A DNA stretch of 64,000 bases from an uncultured Candidatus Peribacteria bacterium (GTDB lineage: Bacteria; Patescibacteriota; Gracilibacteria; Peribacterales; Peribacteraceae), in the NCBI GenBank assembly GCA_964423795.1, contig CAYRGC010000004.1, positions 1,032 to 65,031 of the forward strand, given 5' to 3'. The translations under genes were made by a program, and so were the position numbers. Positions 47,928-58,865 of the stretch are shown piece after piece (within the stretch, counting starts at the first letter, position 1; every line of letters starts with the position of its first letter). Under the pieces are notes generated by a model that was not told the DNA's origin, made no database searches, and was given only the letters and a program-made list of their open reading frames with translations.

Positions 47928-49598
47928 GTCCCAGAGGTTCGCCTTGTCCGTGCGGCCGGCGACGATGTTGTCCACCGCGAGCATGGAGGTGAGCATGCTG
48001 TGATCCTGGTTGTTGTAGCGGTGCATGCCGTTGCGTCCCACGAGGAACATGTTCGGGACCGCGTCCGCGTACTCGCGCACCACCGGCAACTGCGCGTAGC
48101 TGCCGAAGTAGGCGGGATACGCCTTGGGCATGCGCAGCACGCAGGCGTCGACGAGATCGCGGCGGTCGATGAACCCGATCGCCTCCATCTCCTTGGTGCC
48201 GAGCTCGATGAGCTTCTCGTCGGGCATCACCCAGAGGTCGCCTCCTTCGTTCACGAAGTACTCGAGCCCGATCCACACCGAGTTCGCGCGGTCCGCGACC
48301 ATGTACGGGCTCCAGTTGTTGAAGATCTGGATGCGTCCGACGCGCACGCCGCCGTCCTGGACGTAGATCCAGTTGTCGGGAACGGCGGTCGCCGGCGCCA
48401 CGCCCTTCTCCTGGACGTGGAGCTTCTTGAGCAGGAGACCCACCGTGAGGAAATCGCGGTACTGCAGGCCCTCGGCCACCTCGATGACCCGCTCGGGCGG
48501 ACGCGGGTGGATCATGCCGACGAGGTGCTTCACCGGCATGGTGGAGAAGAAGTAGTCGCACGCGACTTCCTCGGACTTCCCCGTCTTCATATCTTCGACC
48601 GTGACGGCGACGACCTTGCCGCCCTCGAGCCGCACGCCGCTCACGCGACGTTCCCACGTGATCTCTCCCCCGCACGCGCGGACGCGCTCCGCGACGGTCT
48701 CCCACATCTGGCCGGGGCCGAACTTGGGGTAGAAGAAGCGGGTGATGAGGCTGGTCTCGCGCTCCTCCTGCGCCTTCTTGAAGTCGCTGCTGAGGAGGTC
48801 TTTCACCGCGTGGATCACGGCGCGCTTGAGCGAGAGGCCCTTGATGCGCTGGGCGCCCCAGTCGGCGCGCACCTCGCTGCATGCCACGCCCCACACCTTC
48901 TCCGTGTAATCCTTGAAGAACGTGCGATACAGACGGTCGCCGAAGCGGTTGATGAAGAACTGATCCAGGAATTCCTCCTGCTTGATGGGGAAAAGCTGGG
49001 CCTTGATGTAGCTGCAACCGATGAGGAAGGTATTGAGGAGGCCGAGCTTGCGCGCCACCGTGAGGGTGATGCCGATCGGGTACGGAAAGAAGTGCCGGCG
49101 GTAATAGATGCGGCTCAGGCGGGGCCGCTGCAGCATGACGCCGTCTTCCTTCTCGGGGTCGGGGGCTTTCCGTTTCACCCTGACAACGGACGAGGCCTGA
49201 GTCTTGAGCTCTGAATCACGAGAAGCTTCCTTCCCATCACCCACGACTTGCGACTCACGACTTCCCTGAGAGACGCAATCGCGGCACAGGAACTCCACGA
49301 TGACCTCGGCGGCGTAGTCGATCTCGTGTTGCTTCTCGGCGGTGTCCGCCGCGGGGCTCCCCTGCAACGGAAGGACCGAGAACCACCAATCCATCACGCG
49401 AGTACTCTTGCTGAAGAAACGGTGTCCGCCGATGTCGATGCGGTTCCCCTTGTAGTTGAAGGTCTGCGCGATGCCGCCCGTGGCGGTGGTCGCTTCGAAG
49501 ACGACGGGCCTGATGTCCGTGCGTTTGAGGAGCTCGTAGGCCGCGGTGAGGCCCGCAGGACCCGCACCGGCGATGACGGCGATCTTCGGAGAGCTCAT
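47883..49598 (-). CDS. FAD/NAD(P)-binding oxidoreductase (amine-oxidase / UDP-galactopyranose-mutase-like superfamily)
   Basis: 571 aa from ATG 49598, with the dinucleotide fold [19 protein letters not shown]. It lies downstream of gmd on the same strand. Confidence 0.75.
   Translation of the reverse strand: MSSPKIAVIAGAGPAGLTAAYELLKRTDIRPVVFEATTATGGIAQTFNYKGNRIDIGGHRFFSKSTRVMDWWFSVLPLQGSPAADTAEKQHEIDYAAEVIVEFLCRDCVSQGSRESQVVGDGKEASRDSELKTQASSVVRVKRKAPDPEKEDGVMLQRPRLSRIYYRRHFFPYPIGITLTVARKLGLLNTFLIGCSYIKAQLFPIKQEEFLDQFFINRFGDRLYRTFFKDYTEKVWGVACSEVRADWGAQRIKGLSLKRAVIHAVKDLLSSDFKKAQEERETSLITRFFYPKFGPGQMWETVAERVRACGGEITWERRVSGVRLEGGKVVAVTVEDMKTGKSEEVACDYFFSTMPVKHLVGMIHPRPPERVIEVAEGLQYRDFLTVGLLLKKLHVQEKGVAPATAVPDNWIYVQDGGVRVGRIQIFNNWSPYMVADRANSVWIGLEYFVNEGGDLWVMPDEKLIELGTKEMEAIGFIDRRDLVDACVLRMPKAYPAYFGSYAQLPVVREYADAVPNMFLVGRNGMHRYNNQDHSMLTSMLAVDNIVAGRTDKANLWDVNLEGEYHEEKKSS
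49196..49264. repeat. AGTC-family heptamer foldback inserted in-frame in the FAD oxidoreductase gene
   Basis: Arm 1 is CCTGAGT CTTGAGC TCTGAAT CACGAG, the loop is aagcttccttcccatcacc, and arm 2 is CACGACT TGCGACT CACGACT TCC. It encodes ..[26 protein letters not shown].. Confidence 0.85.
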
Positions 49599-49674
49599 GT
49601 CTGGCGCAGGGTACCCGAGCGCCGGGAAAAGCAAAAACGAAGGCCGGCGCGCCGCATCATCGCTTCGCGCGACG

Positions 49675-50718
49675 TCAAAGGGCGACGCCCGTCGCGGCGC
49701 AATCCGCCTCGAGCATGATGGACGCCAGCTCCCGGAGGCTCGTCTTGGCCTCCCAGCCGAGCACGCGCTTGGCCTTGGACGGATCGCCGCAGAGGTAATC
49801 CACCTCGGCGGGACGGTAGTAGTACGGATCGATCGCGACGATCTTCTTCCCGGTCTTGCGGTCGAGGTAGGACTCGTCCTTGCCGGAGCCGCGTCGCTCG
49901 AAACCGATACCCGCGCGCTCGAGGCAGAGCTCCAGGAACTCGCGGACGGTGGCTGTGGTGCCGGTGGCGAGCACGTAATCCTCCGGGCGCTCCTGCTGGA
50001 GCATCCGCCACATGCCTTCCACGTACTCCTTGGCGTATCCCCAGTCGCGCTTGGCTTCGAGGTTGCCGAGGAAGAGACACTCCTGCTTGCCCCCGAGGAT
50101 GTTCGCCAGGCTGAGCGTGATCTTGCGCGTGACGAAGTTCTCCCCGCGGCGCGGCGACTCGTGATTGAAGAGGATGCCGTTCACGGCGTACATGCCGTAG
50201 CTCTCGCGGTAGTTGCGCGTCATGTGGTACGCGTACGCCTTCGCCGCGGCGTAGGGGCTGCGGGGATAGAAGGGGGTCTCTTCGTTCTGCCGGTCGTTGG
50301 AGGTCTTGCCGTAGAGCTCGCTCGAACTGGCCTGGTAGAAGCGGATCGGCAACCCGCTGACGCGGATGACCTCGAGAAGGCGGGCGGTACCCAGGCCCGT
50401 GACGTCGCCGGTGTACTCGGGAGTATCGAAACTGACGCCCACGTGGCTCTGCGCCGCGAGGTTGTAGACCTCGGTCGGCTGGACGGCCAGGACGATGCGC
50501 AGCAGGGAACTCGAATCCCCGAGATCGCCGTAGTGCAGGAACGTGGATTTGGTCGACTGGTGGACGTCGCTGAAGATATGGTCGATGCGGCCGCGATTGA
50601 ACGTGGACGAGCGACGCACCACGCCGTGCACCTCGTAGCCCTTCGAAAGGAGCAATTCGGCCAGGTACGAACCGTCCTGACCGGTGATGCCGGTAATGAG
50701 CGCTTTCTTGGGAGTCAC
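49675..50718 (-). CDS. gmd: GDP-mannose 4,6-dehydratase
   Basis: GTG 50718 gives [41 protein letters not shown]. The catalytic motif is [11 protein letters not shown]. Confidence 0.9.
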   Translation of the reverse strand: MTPKKALITGITGQDGSYLAELLLSKGYEVHGVVRRSSTFNRGRIDHIFSDVHQSTKSTFLHYGDLGDSSSLLRIVLAVQPTEVYNLAAQSHVGVSFDTPEYTGDVTGLGTARLLEVIRVSGLPIRFYQASSSELYGKTSNDRQNEETPFYPRSPYAAAKAYAYHMTRNYRESYGMYAVNGILFNHESPRRGENFVTRKITLSLANILGGKQECLFLGNLEAKRDWGYAKEYVEGMWRMLQQERPEDYVLATGTTATVREFLELCLERAGIGFERRGSGKDESYLDRKTGKKIVAIDPYYYRPAEVDYLCGDPSKAKRVLGWEAKTSLRELASIMLEADCAATGVAL

Positions 50719-50807
50719 AGGCGCAAATGGTAGCGGGCGTCTGGGCAAATAGCGAGAGCGGGCCATTCGCCATGCCGCCTCCCCGTCGCTACACTCCACG
50801 GGTTCCT

Positions 50808-51539
50808 ATGGCACCCGCCCCCGCCAGCATCTCCGTCGTGCTCCCCTCGTATAACGAGAGCGCGAACATCGTGGAGGCGATGCAGCGCATCACGGCGACG
50901 CTCGGCGACCTCCTGAAGGAAATCATCGTGGTCGACGACGACAGCCCGGACCGCACGTGGGAGCTCGTGGAGAAACAGGGAAACCCCCGGTGGAAAGTCA
51001 TCCGCAGGACGGACAAGCGCGGACTGGCCTCCGCGCTTTCCGACGGCACCAAGGCCGCGACGGGCGACATCATCGTCTGGCTCGATTGCGATCTGGGCAT
51101 CCCCCCGGAGGACATCCTGCTGCTCACGGCCAAACTCGACGAGTACGACGCGGCAGTCGGCTCGCGCTACCTGCCCGGCGGCATGGACACGCGGCACAAG
51201 TTCCGCGCGTTCCTCAGCCTCGTCTTCAATACCTACACGCGGCTCGTCCTGGGATACTTCGATTTCTGGGACTGGACCTCCGGTTTCGCGGCCGCGCGCC
51301 GGGAGGCGCTGCGGAAGGTCCCCCTGTCGCCCCAGGGCTTCGGCGAGTACTTCACCGAATGGGTCTACAAATCCAAGCGGGCCGGACTGCGGATCGTGGA
51401 AGTGCCCTACCGCTACGGTCTGCGCAAAGGCGGGGAATCGAAGACCGACAGCAGCGTGCGGGTGTTCCTGAAACTCGGAATGAAGTATGCGCTCAGGGTC
51501 CTTGCCATTAGACTTGGGCGCACTTCCCCCGAGCAATGA
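50808..51539 (+). CDS. glycosyltransferase family 2 (DPM1-like, soluble)
   Basis: ISVVLPSYNE, VVDDDSPDRT and LDCDLG motifs. An alternative start is 50772 or 50727. Confidence 0.85.
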   Translation: MAPAPASISVVLPSYNESANIVEAMQRITATLGDLLKEIIVVDDDSPDRTWELVEKQGNPRWKVIRRTDKRGLASALSDGTKAATGDIIVWLDCDLGIPPEDILLLTAKLDEYDAAVGSRYLPGGMDTRHKFRAFLSLVFNTYTRLVLGYFDFWDWTSGFAAARREALRKVPLSPQGFGEYFTEWVYKSKRAGLRIVEVPYRYGLRKGGESKTDSSVRVFLKLGMKYALRVLAIRLGRTSPEQ

Positions 51540-52795
51540 CCCTCTCCCCCGCCATGGCCGGCGCCAAGACGACGGCGATCAGCAAGTGCCGCGTCTGCGG
51601 CTCGCGCGAACTCGTCGACCTCTATTCGCTGGGCGACCTCTACATCTCCGACTTCGTGGAGAAGAAGGACCAAGGCATCAAGGCGCCGCTCGAGATGGTG
51701 ATGTGCACCGGGTGCTCCCTGGTGCAGCTGCGGCATACCGCGCCGCAGGAGATCCTCTACTCCCGCTTCTACTGGTACCGGTCGGGCGTCACGGAGACGA
51801 TGCGAAACGCGCTGCGGAACATCACCGACAGCATCGAGAAGCGCATGCCGCTCGAGGCCGGGAACGTGGTCGTGGACATCGGGTCCAACGACGGCACGAT
51901 GCTTCGGACCTACCAGGTGCCGGGCCTCGTGACAGTCGGCGTGGAACCGGCGTCGAACCTGGCGGAGGAGGGAAAGAAAGGGCTGACGCATTTCATCAAC
52001 GATTTCTGGACCATCGCGAACTACGAGAAGGCGGTGCCGAAGAAAGCGAAGGTGATCACCGCCATCGGGATGTTCTACGACATGGAGGACCCCAACCAGT
52101 TCATCCGCGACGCCGCCCTTGCGCTCGAGAAGGACGGCATGTTCGTGGCGCAGCTCATGTGCCTCAAGAACATGCTCGATACCAACGACGTGGGGAACAT
52201 CTGCCACGAGCACCTCGAGTTCTACTCGCTCTCCTCGCTGGAGCACCTCTTCGACCGCAACGGCTTCGCGCTCGTGGACATCGAGCATAACCTCGTGAAC
52301 GGCGGCAGCTACCGCGTGTACGCCTGTCTCAAGGGCGCGACTCCGCCCGCGATCGAGGGCGCCGCCGAGCGCCTGAAGAAGTACCGCGAGGAGGAGAAGG
52401 GCCTCGACAAGAGGGAGGCGCACGACGCGTTCTTCCGCCGCGTGGAGGAGAACAAGCGCAAGTGCGTGGACTTCATCAAAGCCGAGACGGCCAAGGGAAA
52501 GACGGTATGGGTGTACGGCGCGTCCACGAAGGGCAACACGATCCTGCAGTACTACGGTCTCGACCACTCGATGATCGAGGGCGCCGCCGAGCGGAGCCCC
52601 GAGAAGTGGGGCAAGGTCACCGTGGGGACGGGCATTCCGATCGTGTCGGAAGCCGACGCGCGCGCCCGGAAGCCGGATTACTTCCTGGTGCTGCCGTACG
52701 CGTTCTTCGACGAGTTCTACAAGCGGGAAGACGCCTGGCGCAAGACCGGCGGCCAATTCATCGTTCCCCTCCCCGAGTTCCGGGTCGTTCCCTGA
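51536..52795 (+). CDS. SAM-dependent C-methyltransferase (NDP-hexose C-methyltransferase-like)
   Basis: N-terminal Zn motif CRVCGS..x..CTGCSLVQL, SAM motif VVDIGSNDG and a C-methyltransferase-type C-terminal domain. It overlaps the GT2 gene (ATGA). Confidence 0.8.
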   Translation: MTLSPAMAGAKTTAISKCRVCGSRELVDLYSLGDLYISDFVEKKDQGIKAPLEMVMCTGCSLVQLRHTAPQEILYSRFYWYRSGVTETMRNALRNITDSIEKRMPLEAGNVVVDIGSNDGTMLRTYQVPGLVTVGVEPASNLAEEGKKGLTHFINDFWTIANYEKAVPKKAKVITAIGMFYDMEDPNQFIRDAALALEKDGMFVAQLMCLKNMLDTNDVGNICHEHLEFYSLSSLEHLFDRNGFALVDIEHNLVNGGSYRVYACLKGATPPAIEGAAERLKKYREEEKGLDKREAHDAFFRRVEENKRKCVDFIKAETAKGKTVWVYGASTKGNTILQYYGLDHSMIEGAAERSPEKWGKVTVGTGIPIVSEADARARKPDYFLVLPYAFFDEFYKREDAWRKTGGQFIVPLPEFRVVP

Positions 52796-52803
52796 TTCCC
52801 TCC

Positions 52804-53805
52804 ATGGCAAAGAAGCGCGCACTCATCCTCGGTATCGGCGGCCAAGACGGCAGTTACCTCGCCGAACTGCTCCTCTCGAAGGACTACGAGGTGCACGGCC
52901 TCATCCGCCGTTCGGCCACCGGCAACACGAGGAACATCGACCACCTGCTCGACCGCGTCACGCTCCACCGCGGCGACCTCGCCGACACCCCCTCGCTCCT
53001 CAAGGCCGTCACCTCGGCGAAGCCGCAGGAGATCTATAACGAGGCCGACCAGGATCACGCGGGCTGGAGCTACGACCTCGTGGATTACGCGTCCGACATC
53101 ACGGGAGGCGCGCCCGGCAGGATCCTCGAGATCATCCGCCAGACCGACCCGAAGATCCGCTACTTCCAGCCGCTGACCTCCAACATGTTCGGACAGACGG
53201 ACGCCGAGAAGCAGAACGAGTCCACGCCCTTCAATCCCCAGAGCCCCTACGCCGCGGCGAAGGTCTACGCCTACTATCTGACGCGCTACTACCGCAACGT
53301 GCACGGGATCTTCGCGTCCACCGCGACGTTCTTCAACCACGAATCCCCGAGGCGCACCGAGTCGTACGTGACGCGCAAGATCACCAAGGCGGCCGTCCGG
53401 ATCTCGATGGGCCTGCAAAAGAAGCTCTTCCTCGGCGACATCGAGGCGCGCCTCGACTTCGGCTTCGCCGGGGAATACATGGAGGCCGCGTGGAACATCC
53501 TCCAGCTCCGGGAACCCGACGACTTCGTGATCGGCACGGGCGTCGCCTGTTCCGTGCGCGAGTTCATGGAGGAGGCGTTCAGGGCGGTCGGCCTCGAGGC
53601 GAAGGATCACGTGGAGATCGATCCCAAGCTGCTGCGCCCGGGCAAGACGAGCACGCTCATCGCGGACTACGGCAAGGCCGCGAAGGCCTTCGGATACGAG
53701 CCGAAAGTGACGTACAAGGAACTCGTGAAGATCATGGTGGATGCGGACCGGAAGGAAGCCGAAAAAGAGCTCGCCCTTGCCAAGGCGAAGCCGGGGGCGG
53801 TCTGA
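52804..53805 (+). CDS. GDP-mannose 4,6-dehydratase paralog (NDP-sugar dehydratase/reductase)
   Basis: 333 aa with [37 protein letters not shown] and SPYAAAKVYAYY. Confidence 0.8.
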   Translation: MAKKRALILGIGGQDGSYLAELLLSKDYEVHGLIRRSATGNTRNIDHLLDRVTLHRGDLADTPSLLKAVTSAKPQEIYNEADQDHAGWSYDLVDYASDITGGAPGRILEIIRQTDPKIRYFQPLTSNMFGQTDAEKQNESTPFNPQSPYAAAKVYAYYLTRYYRNVHGIFASTATFFNHESPRRTESYVTRKITKAAVRISMGLQKKLFLGDIEARLDFGFAGEYMEAAWNILQLREPDDFVIGTGVACSVREFMEEAFRAVGLEAKDHVEIDPKLLRPGKTSTLIADYGKAAKAFGYEPKVTYKELVKIMVDADRKEAEKELALAKAKPGAV

Positions 53806-53817
53806 TACACTTCGTGC

Positions 53818-55086
53818 ATGCAGAAGCGCACAGTCTGTGTCATCGGTCTCGGGTACGTCGGCCTCCCCCTCGCGCACGCCTTCGCGAAGGCGGGGCACCG
53901 CATGCTCGGCTTCGACATCTCGCAGAAGCGCGTGGACGAGCTCAAGACCGGCCATGACCGCACGAACGAGCTTTCCGACGCGCAGCTCGCGGAGATCGGC
54001 ATGGAGTACAGCACCGATCCGTCCGTGATCGGGAAGGCGGAGGTCGTGATCGTCGCGGTGCCGACGCCCGTCGACGAGAACAACGACCCCGATCTGAGCC
54101 CCGTGGAGAACGCGAGCATCACCGTGGGCAAGCACCTTAGGAAAGGCATGATCGTCTGCTACGAGTCGACGGTCTATCCGGGCGTGACGGAAGAGATCTG
54201 CGGCGCGATCCTCGAGCGCGAGTCGGGACTCGCCTGCGGGAAGGACTTCACGCTGGGCTATTCCCCCGAACGCATCAACCCGGGCGACAAACTCCACACC
54301 GTGGACAAGATCGTGAAGGTCGTCGCGGGTCAGGACGAGAAGACCGCGGACGTCCTCTGCGATCTCTACGGCTCCGTGGTGACGGCGGGCATCCACCGCG
54401 CGGCGTCCATCAAGGTGGCGGAGATGGCCAAGGCGATCGAGAACGCCCAGCGCGACATCAACATCGCCTTCGTGAACGAGATCGCGATCCTCTGCAACAG
54501 GATCGGGATCCCGAGCAAGGACGTCTTCGCGGCGGCCGGAACCAAGTGGAACTTCCTCCGCTTCGTCCCGGGCCTCGTCGGCGGCCACTGCATCGGCGTC
54601 GACCCCTACTACCTCGTGGAGAAGGCGCGCCAGCTCGGCATGAAGACCCACGTGATCACCGCCGGACGGGGCGTGAACGACGGCATGGGCCCCTACGTGG
54701 CGCACCGCGTTTTGGAGGCGCTCGGGTCGGCTGCCGGCAAACGCGTCCTCGTGCTCGGCCTCACCTTCAAGGAGAACATTCCCGACACCCGCAACAGCAA
54801 GTCCTTCGACGTGGTGCGCGACCTCGCGGCCGCGGGCTGCGACGTGCAGGCGCACGATCCGTTCATGCAGGACGACGAGTACGGCAAGCGGAACCTCGAT
54901 CGCGGATCGCTCGACGGGGAACCGTACGACGCCGTGGTCTTCCTCGTCCCCCACCGCGAATACCTCGAGGGGAAGGAGGCGGGCATGATCAGGGCAATCA
55001 AGCCCGGCGGAGTGTTCTTCGACCTCAAGTCCCACTTCGAGCCCTCGGCCTTCGCCAAGGAAGGTCGGACGTACCTCGCGCTCTGA
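53818..55086 (+). CDS. nucleotide-sugar dehydrogenase (TviB/WbpO/Cap5O-like)
   Basis: 422 aa with VCVIGLGYVGLPLA, G.D....RVDELKTGHDRTNE and the catalytic-Cys region GGHCIGVDPYY. Confidence 0.85.
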   Translation: MQKRTVCVIGLGYVGLPLAHAFAKAGHRMLGFDISQKRVDELKTGHDRTNELSDAQLAEIGMEYSTDPSVIGKAEVVIVAVPTPVDENNDPDLSPVENASITVGKHLRKGMIVCYESTVYPGVTEEICGAILERESGLACGKDFTLGYSPERINPGDKLHTVDKIVKVVAGQDEKTADVLCDLYGSVVTAGIHRAASIKVAEMAKAIENAQRDINIAFVNEIAILCNRIGIPSKDVFAAAGTKWNFLRFVPGLVGGHCIGVDPYYLVEKARQLGMKTHVITAGRGVNDGMGPYVAHRVLEALGSAAGKRVLVLGLTFKENIPDTRNSKSFDVVRDLAAAGCDVQAHDPFMQDDEYGKRNLDRGSLDGEPYDAVVFLVPHREYLEGKEAGMIRAIKPGGVFFDLKSHFEPSAFAKEGRTYLAL

Positions 55087-55159
55087 TACGGCTTCGCCCG
55101 AGTCCTCCCGTCCTTCGCACTCCTCTCCCTCCTTCCACGCTCACGCTCCGCCGCCACCT

Positions 55160-55891
55160 ATGCTCTTCACCACGTCCTGGGACGACGGCTACGCCCTGGA
55201 TCGGCGCGTCGCGGACCTGCTGACGCGCTACGGCTGCACGGGGACTTTTTACGTGTGCCCCAAGGCGCAACACGGGCGCGCGATGCTCTCGGCGCCCGAC
55301 ATCAGGGCGCTCGCCGCGACCCACGAGGTGGGGGCCCATACGCTGAAGCACCCTCGCCTCACGAGGATCCCGCGCGCCGACGCGCGCACGGAGATCGCCG
55401 GGAGCAAGGCGTGGGTGGAGAGCGTCACCGGGAAGGAGTGCGCGCTGTTCTGCTACCCGTACGGCGATCTCGACGCCGACGTCCGCGAGCTTGCGGGCGA
55501 GGCAGGCTTCCGCGGCGCGCGCACCACGGAGCCCGTCCGCTTCCGGATCGAGGACCCGCTGCGCATGCCGATGACCCTGCACCTGTCGCCTTTCCCCTGG
55601 CGCAAGACGTTCAAGCCGGCGTGGAAGGTGCTCGATCCGATCGGCCCGCTGCGCGCCATCTATCCATTGCTCCGGCTCTACCGCGTTCCGCTCCGGTCGC
55701 TTTCGTCGTGGCGGTCGATGGCGATCGCGCTCTTCGACGGCGCCCGGAAACGCGACGAACCGTTCTTCCATCTCTTCGGCCACAGCCACGAACTGGAGAA
55801 GTACGGCCTGTGGGAGGACCTGGAAGCGTTTCTCATGCACGTCCAGGCAAGCGGCGTGCGCGGCGTCGTGAACAGCGCCCTCCTCCCCTGA
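55160..55891 (+). CDS. polysaccharide deacetylase (CE4)
   Basis: 243 aa with MLFTTSWDDG and GAHTLKHP. The NodB-type metal ligands are plausible. Confidence 0.75.
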   Translation: MLFTTSWDDGYALDRRVADLLTRYGCTGTFYVCPKAQHGRAMLSAPDIRALAATHEVGAHTLKHPRLTRIPRADARTEIAGSKAWVESVTGKECALFCYPYGDLDADVRELAGEAGFRGARTTEPVRFRIEDPLRMPMTLHLSPFPWRKTFKPAWKVLDPIGPLRAIYPLLRLYRVPLRSLSSWRSMAIALFDGARKRDEPFFHLFGHSHELEKYGLWEDLEAFLMHVQASGVRGVVNSALLP

Positions 55892-55896
55892 ATCCG

Positions 55897-56664
55897 ATGC
55901 CGCGTACCGTCGCCATCGTCTGCGTCCGCATGGGCTCCGAGCGTCTCCCGGGCAAGACGATGCTCCAAGTGAACGGAAAACCGCTCCTCGGCCTTCTCAT
56001 CGACCGCATCGGCCTGGCCAAGACGCTCGACGACATCGTGATCGCGACATCCGCGGCTCCCGACTGCGATCCCGTGGAACGGTACTGCGCGGCGCGCGGC
56101 GTCCCGTGCTTCCGGGGCGCCGAGCACGATCTCTTGGGCCGCATGATCGGCGCGCTGGAGAGCCGGCAGGCCGTAAACGGCGTCATGATCTACGGGGACG
56201 GGTTCCTGATCGACCCGGCGGTGATCGACGAATGCGTCGGCGCCTTCCGGGCGAATCCCGGGCACGACCTGGTCGGCAACGACCTCAAACTGACCTATCC
56301 CCCCGGCCAGCTCGCCGAAACCTTCACGCTGCGGGCGCTCAAGGACGCGGCGGCGCGCGTGGAAGACCCGGAGATGCGGGAACACGGCACGCGGTTCATC
56401 CGCCTCCATCCGGAGCTCTACGCGCTCAAGAACGTCGAGGCGCCCGCGGAGTTGCGCAGACCAGAACTGCACCTCGTCGTCGACACGCGGGAAGATCTCG
56501 CGGTGATGACGGCGATCATCGAGGGATTCGGGTCACGGACGGATTTCACGCTGCGTGAGATCATCGATTTCCTGGACGCCCGTCCGGAGATCCGCGACGG
56601 CAACGCCTCCGTGCACCGACGCTGGAAGGCCAGCATCGATCAATCGGGCAAGCACCATCAGTGA
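55897..56664 (+). CDS. cytidylyltransferase, SpsF/NeuA (CTP_transf_3) family
   Basis: 255 aa, VAIVCVRMGSERLPGKTML.VNGKPLL...DIVIATS. The upstream part of the 469-aa track ORF is a read-through. Confidence 0.75.
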   Translation: MPRTVAIVCVRMGSERLPGKTMLQVNGKPLLGLLIDRIGLAKTLDDIVIATSAAPDCDPVERYCAARGVPCFRGAEHDLLGRMIGALESRQAVNGVMIYGDGFLIDPAVIDECVGAFRANPGHDLVGNDLKLTYPPGQLAETFTLRALKDAAARVEDPEMREHGTRFIRLHPELYALKNVEAPAELRRPELHLVVDTREDLAVMTAIIEGFGSRTDFTLREIIDFLDARPEIRDGNASVHRRWKASIDQSGKHHQ

Positions 56665-57665
56665 GGAGCGACCAGCGGGTCGGGATCCATCGGATACGCG
56701 AACGGCTTCGGCGTCTGCCCTTCCGGCAGGAAATGCGCGATCATCTGGCCGTTGCGCTTCCAGTAGTAGAGGCGCTGGCGCCGGCGATACACGAATTCCC
56801 AGCGACCGGCGGAGTACGGATAGGTCTCGGGGCCCGCGTACAGGTACTCCCCCTCCCAGCGCGGGGGGTTGGTGTTGCTGAGGTAGCAATCGGGGTACTG
56901 CTCGATGAGCGCGAAGTATTTGCGGACGGTTCCGAGGTCCATCTCGGCGAACGAGTTCCCGTTGATGAAGAGACCGATCTGCGGCGCGAACTCCTTGAGA
57001 CGCAGGTACTCGGTGCATTCCAGGAACACGATGCTGGTCCGCCCCTGCCTGAGCTGCACGGGCTTGCCCGGCTCGGCCTTGAGGACCATGTCCGGGAAGA
57101 CGGAGCTGAGGTACAGCCAGGACACCTTGAGCGTCTCGGGGAGATCGATGATGACGTAGATCTCCGGCTTGTACCGCTTCACGATCATCTCCGCCATCGC
57201 GCCGAATCCGCCGCCGATCTCGCAGACGCGCTTGAACTTCTCCGTCGGCACGACGGAATCCATGGCCTGAAGCTGGTCGGAGGCCTTGAGGAACGTGCCG
57301 TTGAACTTCTTCCCCTGGTACTCGCGGTAGAACGGGGCGAGGCCGCGGGGCTTCTTGCCCGGATCCAGATCGGGGAAATACGGGACCAGATGGGGAAAGA
57401 GCGGCGCCTTGCTGTTCCACGCGAGCTGGATGCGGAAACGGTGCAGGTGCCGGAGAATCATGAACCAGCGCCACAGCATAGTCTTGAGCGACCAGGTACC
57501 GTCGATGGGCGTGTACTCGAAATACGGGAACGGCGAGGGACTGTCGTACAGCGCCGTGATGGCGGACGAGAGGTGGAAATTATCGACGGTGACGTGCGGC
57601 ATCGACTTGCTCGAAATCTCGGTGCGCCTGCCCCAGGTCGCTGAATACATGCTCTTGTCGGCCAT
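56658..57665 (-). CDS. putative sugar O-methyltransferase
   Basis: 335 aa with a SAM-like motif (VCEIGGGFGAMAEMIV..YVIIDLPE). The overall pattern recalls the putative sugar O-methyltransferase family found in glycan loci. Confidence 0.5.
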   Translation of the reverse strand: MADKSMYSATWGRRTEISSKSMPHVTVDNFHLSSAITALYDSPSPFPYFEYTPIDGTWSLKTMLWRWFMILRHLHRFRIQLAWNSKAPLFPHLVPYFPDLDPGKKPRGLAPFYREYQGKKFNGTFLKASDQLQAMDSVVPTEKFKRVCEIGGGFGAMAEMIVKRYKPEIYVIIDLPETLKVSWLYLSSVFPDMVLKAEPGKPVQLRQGRTSIVFLECTEYLRLKEFAPQIGLFINGNSFAEMDLGTVRKYFALIEQYPDCYLSNTNPPRWEGEYLYAGPETYPYSAGRWEFVYRRRQRLYYWKRNGQMIAHFLPEGQTPKPFAYPMDPDPLVAPH

Positions 57666-57728
57666 AGAAAAAAGAGGGGGAACCGGAACGATTGTGGAGT
57701 CGCGTCACCGGGGCGTCAATGCATCGGC

Positions 57729-58865
57729 TTACGCCCACTTGTGATACCAAAGTTCCGTTTTCTCGGTGAGGAAACCGCCGCGCTGGTACAGCCGCTGGGC
57801 GGCGTAGTTGCGGCCCTGCGTGACCACCGAGACGTACTGGACGCCCTGCCCGCGAAGATCGGCGCAGGAGGCGCGGAGGAGATGTCCGCCGAGACCCCCG
57901 CCCCTGCTCTTCTCCCCGAGACCGAAGAGACCGATGTGGGCCTTGCCGCGGCCCTCGAGCTTGACGCTGCAGAATCCCGCCGCCTCCCCGCCGATCTCGA
58001 GGACGTCCGCGTAATCGTCGAAGGTGCCGCGCACGGCCTTCTCGATCCATTCCTCGTAGAACCGGATCAGCTTCGCGCGGTCGAAGTGCCCGTCGAAGTA
58101 GTACCTGCTGAGCTGGTACGTGTCGTGCGCGATCGCCCGAAGCGCGGGGATGTCCTTCTCCGTTGCCCGCCGGACGGTCGCGCCGTCCCGGGTCTCGGCG
58201 CGGTCGCGCTCGTCGAGCGTCTTGCCGAAGGTGAGGCGGATGTCCACGAAGGAGTAGCCGGCACGCTCGGCGGCGAGGATGGACGTCCGATCGTGGCAAT
58301 CGCATAGGTACTCGATGACGGCGATCTTCTCCCGCCGCACGAAACCGTCGATCTTGGACTGCACGAGCGGCGTGAGGTGCTGGGACGAGACGAATCCCAC
58401 GTTGAACCCGAAGAACGCGCTGTCCCACTCGCGCTTCGCGCAGAGCGAGGCGATCCAGAGGAGTTTCCGCTCGGCCAACGGCGCGTTCAGCCTCTCCTCC
58501 AATTTCTCCGGGGGCATGCCCATGACCTCGGCGACCGCGGAAACGCCGATTTCCTTGGCGATCGACGGCAGCAGGTAATCGGGTCCGTTGATATGGCCAG
58601 GAAGCGACGGCGAACCAAGGGGATCGATACGGATGTCCGCCTCCTCTCCCCCGTCGCGGGGACCGATGGCGATCAGGACCGCGGACGGGTGTGCGCCGCA
58701 GAGCTCCTTCGTGATCGTTCGCGCGTCGGCGACGATGACGTCGGGCGACGAATCGACGAGATCGCCGGCCGGCAGCTTGTCCCGCAGGAACTCGAGCGTC
58801 CTCCGCGTGAGGATCGCCCGCAGATCGGTGAGCGAGGCTTCGGGGAAGAGCAGGAGCGTCTTCAT
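57729..58865 (-). CDS. WecD-like (dTDP-4-amino-4,6-dideoxyhexose) N-acetyltransferase, GNAT, with extra about 130-aa N-terminal domain
   Basis: The C-terminal 240 aa parallel E. coli WecD as I recall it: WDSAFFGFNVG, DIPALRAIA, YEEWIEKAVRGTFD (WecD has WIENAVRGTFD), HIGLFG, and AAQRLYQRGGF...WYHKW. Confidence 0.7.
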   Translation of the reverse strand: MKTLLLFPEASLTDLRAILTRRTLEFLRDKLPAGDLVDSSPDVIVADARTITKELCGAHPSAVLIAIGPRDGGEEADIRIDPLGSPSLPGHINGPDYLLPSIAKEIGVSAVAEVMGMPPEKLEERLNAPLAERKLLWIASLCAKREWDSAFFGFNVGFVSSQHLTPLVQSKIDGFVRREKIAVIEYLCDCHDRTSILAAERAGYSFVDIRLTFGKTLDERDRAETRDGATVRRATEKDIPALRAIAHDTYQLSRYYFDGHFDRAKLIRFYEEWIEKAVRGTFDDYADVLEIGGEAAGFCSVKLEGRGKAHIGLFGLGEKSRGGGLGGHLLRASCADLRGQGVQYVSVVTQGRNYAAQRLYQRGGFLTEKTELWYHKWA

